35,433 bases of DNA from a virus. Taxonomy: Duplodnaviria > Caudoviricetes. The stretch is from positions 1 to 35,433 of the IMG/VR virus record IMGVR_UViG_3300042921_000093. One strand, given 5' to 3'. The number at the start of each line of letters is the position of its first letter. Position 1 is the stretch's first letter. The position numbers were made by a program, and so were the translations under genes. Below are positions 34,033 through 35,433 of this stretch, in pieces. The notes under the pieces were generated by a model. The model made no database searches and had not been told where the DNA came from. It worked only from the letters and a program-made list of their open reading frames with translations.

Positions 34033-34530
34033 ATGCCACTTCACCTGACCATCGGCCCGGAAACCAAGGCGCTTCTGACGGCCCTGATCGAAACCCCGCT
34101 GGGCGAGACCGTGACCTACGCGGCCTTGTCCGAGCGGCTGGGCCGGGATGTGACCGGCCCGGCGCGTGGGCTCCTCACCAGCGCCCGACACATCGCCGCC
34201 CGCGATCACGGGGCCGTGTTCCGGCCTGAACGCGGCGTCGGCCTTGTTCGCCTCACGCCTGACGAGGCCGCAGACATCGGCGCGACGGCCCGGCGGCGCA
34301 TCCGCACCGGCGCGCGGCGCGCAACCGGCAAGATGGCCGCGCTGGCGCATCACAGCAACGGCCTCTCTCCCGACGCCTACCGGCGGATGAACCGCGAGAT
34401 CGCGCAACTTGGCGTGATCGAGATGGTTTCTGCCGACCACGAAAAGGCCGAACTGCAGGACGAGAGCGGCAATGCGTTGGCCCCGGTCCGCGCGACCGAG
34501 GAATTCCTGCGCTACATCGGCGCAAAATAG
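34033..34530 (+). CDS. Hypothetical protein with N-terminal winged-helix-like region
   Basis: ATG at 34033 after GGAG; GETVTYAALSERLGRDV, G.VF....GVGL.RL; directly follows array 2. Confidence 0.7.
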   Translation: MPLHLTIGPETKALLTALIETPLGETVTYAALSERLGRDVTGPARGLLTSARHIAARDHGAVFRPERGVGLVRLTPDEAADIGATARRRIRTGARRATGKMAALAHHSNGLSPDAYRRMNREIAQLGVIEMVSADHEKAELQDESGNALAPVRATEEFLRYIGAK

Positions 34531-34541
34531 GGGGCCAATCG

Positions 34542-34751
34542 ATGACCGAAGAAAAGCCACGCGTTCTGCTCAGGCAGTCGGAAGTGATCCGCAGGCTCGG
34601 GATCAGCAAGACATCGCTCTACGAGGGCGTGCAGGATGGCCGATTTCCGAAGCCCATCAAGTTCGGCGAGCGCACCGCGCGCTGGCTGGAAAGCGAAATC
34701 GAGGAGATGATCGACCGCGCGCTCGCAGATCGCGACAGGGAAGGACACTGA
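34542..34751 (+). CDS. AlpA-family regulator
   Basis: LLR..EV..RLGISKTSLY.....GRFPKPIK.G.R..RW.ESEI. Confidence 0.9.
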   Translation: MTEEKPRVLLRQSEVIRRLGISKTSLYEGVQDGRFPKPIKFGERTARWLESEIEEMIDRALADRDREGH

Positions 34752-34752
34752 C

Positions 34753-35190
34753 ATGACCGACACCGACACCACTTACCGCGTCACCGCGGACGAGCTGCGC
34801 CAGTTCATCGAGCGGTTCGAGCGGCTCGAGGCCGAAAAGAAGGACATCGCCGACCAGCAGAAGGAGGTGATGGCCGAGGCCAAGGGGCGCGGCTACGACA
34901 CCGGCGTGATGCGCAAGATCATCGCCCTGCGCAAGCGCGACCGAGACGACATCGCCGAGGAAGAAGCGGTGCTCGAGATGTACAAGGAAGCGCTGGGGAT
35001 GGCGGCGTGGCTCGAGCGGATCGGCCAGGGCGACCGGGTCGTCGTCACCTGGCCGACCGCGACAAAGGCCAGCGAAAAGCCGTCTTACCGGCTCGCCGGG
35101 GGGGGGGGGGAGATTTCCCTTCTCACATGGCGGCGGCTTAAGGAGGACCGCGACCCCTGCGCCGAAGCTGACCCGCCGATAAAGGACTGA
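34753..35190 (+). CDS. GapR-like (DUF2312) DNA-binding protein with C-terminal extension
   Basis: ELRQFIERFERLE.EKKDIA...KEV.AEAKGRGYD..VMRKII.LRK.D.D...EEEA.LE.YK.ALGM, then ~60 extra aa. Confidence 0.85.
   Translation: MTDTDTTYRVTADELRQFIERFERLEAEKKDIADQQKEVMAEAKGRGYDTGVMRKIIALRKRDRDDIAEEEAVLEMYKEALGMAAWLERIGQGDRVVVTWPTATKASEKPSYRLAGGGGEISLLTWRRLKEDRDPCAEADPPIKD
35098..35110 (+). repeat. G13 homopolymer
   Basis: 13 consecutive G within the GapR-like extension. Confidence 0.9.
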
Positions 35191-35193
35191 CTC

Positions 35194-35433
35194 ATGCCCG
35201 AACCCCTCCTTGTCCGCGCCAATGACGCCGCCCGTATGCTGGGAATTAGCCGCAGCACGCTCTACGCCCGCGTCCAGACGGGGCGCTGCCCCGAACCCAT
35301 CCGCTGGGATGGCTGCACCGTATGGCGAGTGCGGGACCTTGAAAACTTTGTCGATCAGCTGGCGGACCAGATGGCGGACCCGCGCACCTCGGCAAACGGA
35401 AATTCCAGAAAAAACATGGCGGTTGCGGGGTAG
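35194..35433 (+). CDS. Excisionase-like AlpA/Xis HTH protein
   Basis: AARMLGISRSTLY..V..G..P.P.......WRVRDLE.FV; at the prophage end opposite int, overlapping the arm sites. Confidence 0.85.
   Translation: MPEPLLVRANDAARMLGISRSTLYARVQTGRCPEPIRWDGCTVWRVRDLENFVDQLADQMADPRTSANGNSRKNMAVAG
35360..35380 (+). repeat. Integrase arm-type site pair, right
   Basis: TGGCGGACC at 35360-35368 and 35372-35380; same 12-bp period as 867-887. Confidence 0.75.

Larger units (their letters stand above)
722..35433. mobile_element. Temperate prophage with lambda-like cos head packaging and P2-like contractile tail; right end just beyond the window
   Basis: Integrase at left and Xis-like gene at right; complete head, tail, lysis, replication and immunity modules; matching arm-type repeats at both ends. 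Confidence 0.95.

Noticed and set aside
33097-34048. ORFs across the pentamer arrays with RCGAERC or RSAP repeats (33097-33942 -, 33708-34007 -, 33815-34048 +)
   Set aside because: Shadow translations of the 5-nt repeat; they overlap the well-formed plus-strand gene and lack convincing RBSs

Overview
After a host gene for a spermidine-synthase-like methyltransferase (1-717), the window is an apparently intact ~34.7 kb temperate prophage of a GC-rich alphaproteobacterium (Rhodobacteraceae-like by gene content). It probably starts at a 13-bp tRNA-3'-end-like att remnant (722-734) and continues just past the right edge. Order: P4-type tyrosine integrase; P2-like contractile tail and baseplate module (minus strand); a head-proximal adhesin/spike cassette; fused prohead protease-major capsid gene; lambda-like portal, terminase and cos; an antisense moron; lysis genes; Mor-like activator, MT-A70 methyltransferase, DUF1064 gene; replication initiator with iterons; cro/cI switch with five operators; a plus-strand early operon ending in AlpA, GapR-like and Xis-like genes. 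The main finding is in the early operon: a stand-alone Cas7/RAMP-like gene (33289-33876) flanked by two non-coding arrays of CGC-NN pentamers (14 and 25 units). Read as a gapped 'two bases, skip one' code, their variable dinucleotides spell AlpA/Xis-family excisionase motifs with the skipped base on the wobble position. This suggests an RNA-guided system with non-contiguous guides aimed at excisionase genes. Other non-annotated signals: a five-copy late-promoter box, a -1 frameshift tail chaperone, integrase arm sites at both ends and a G13 tract. All assignments come from motif recognition by eye; no database searches were run.
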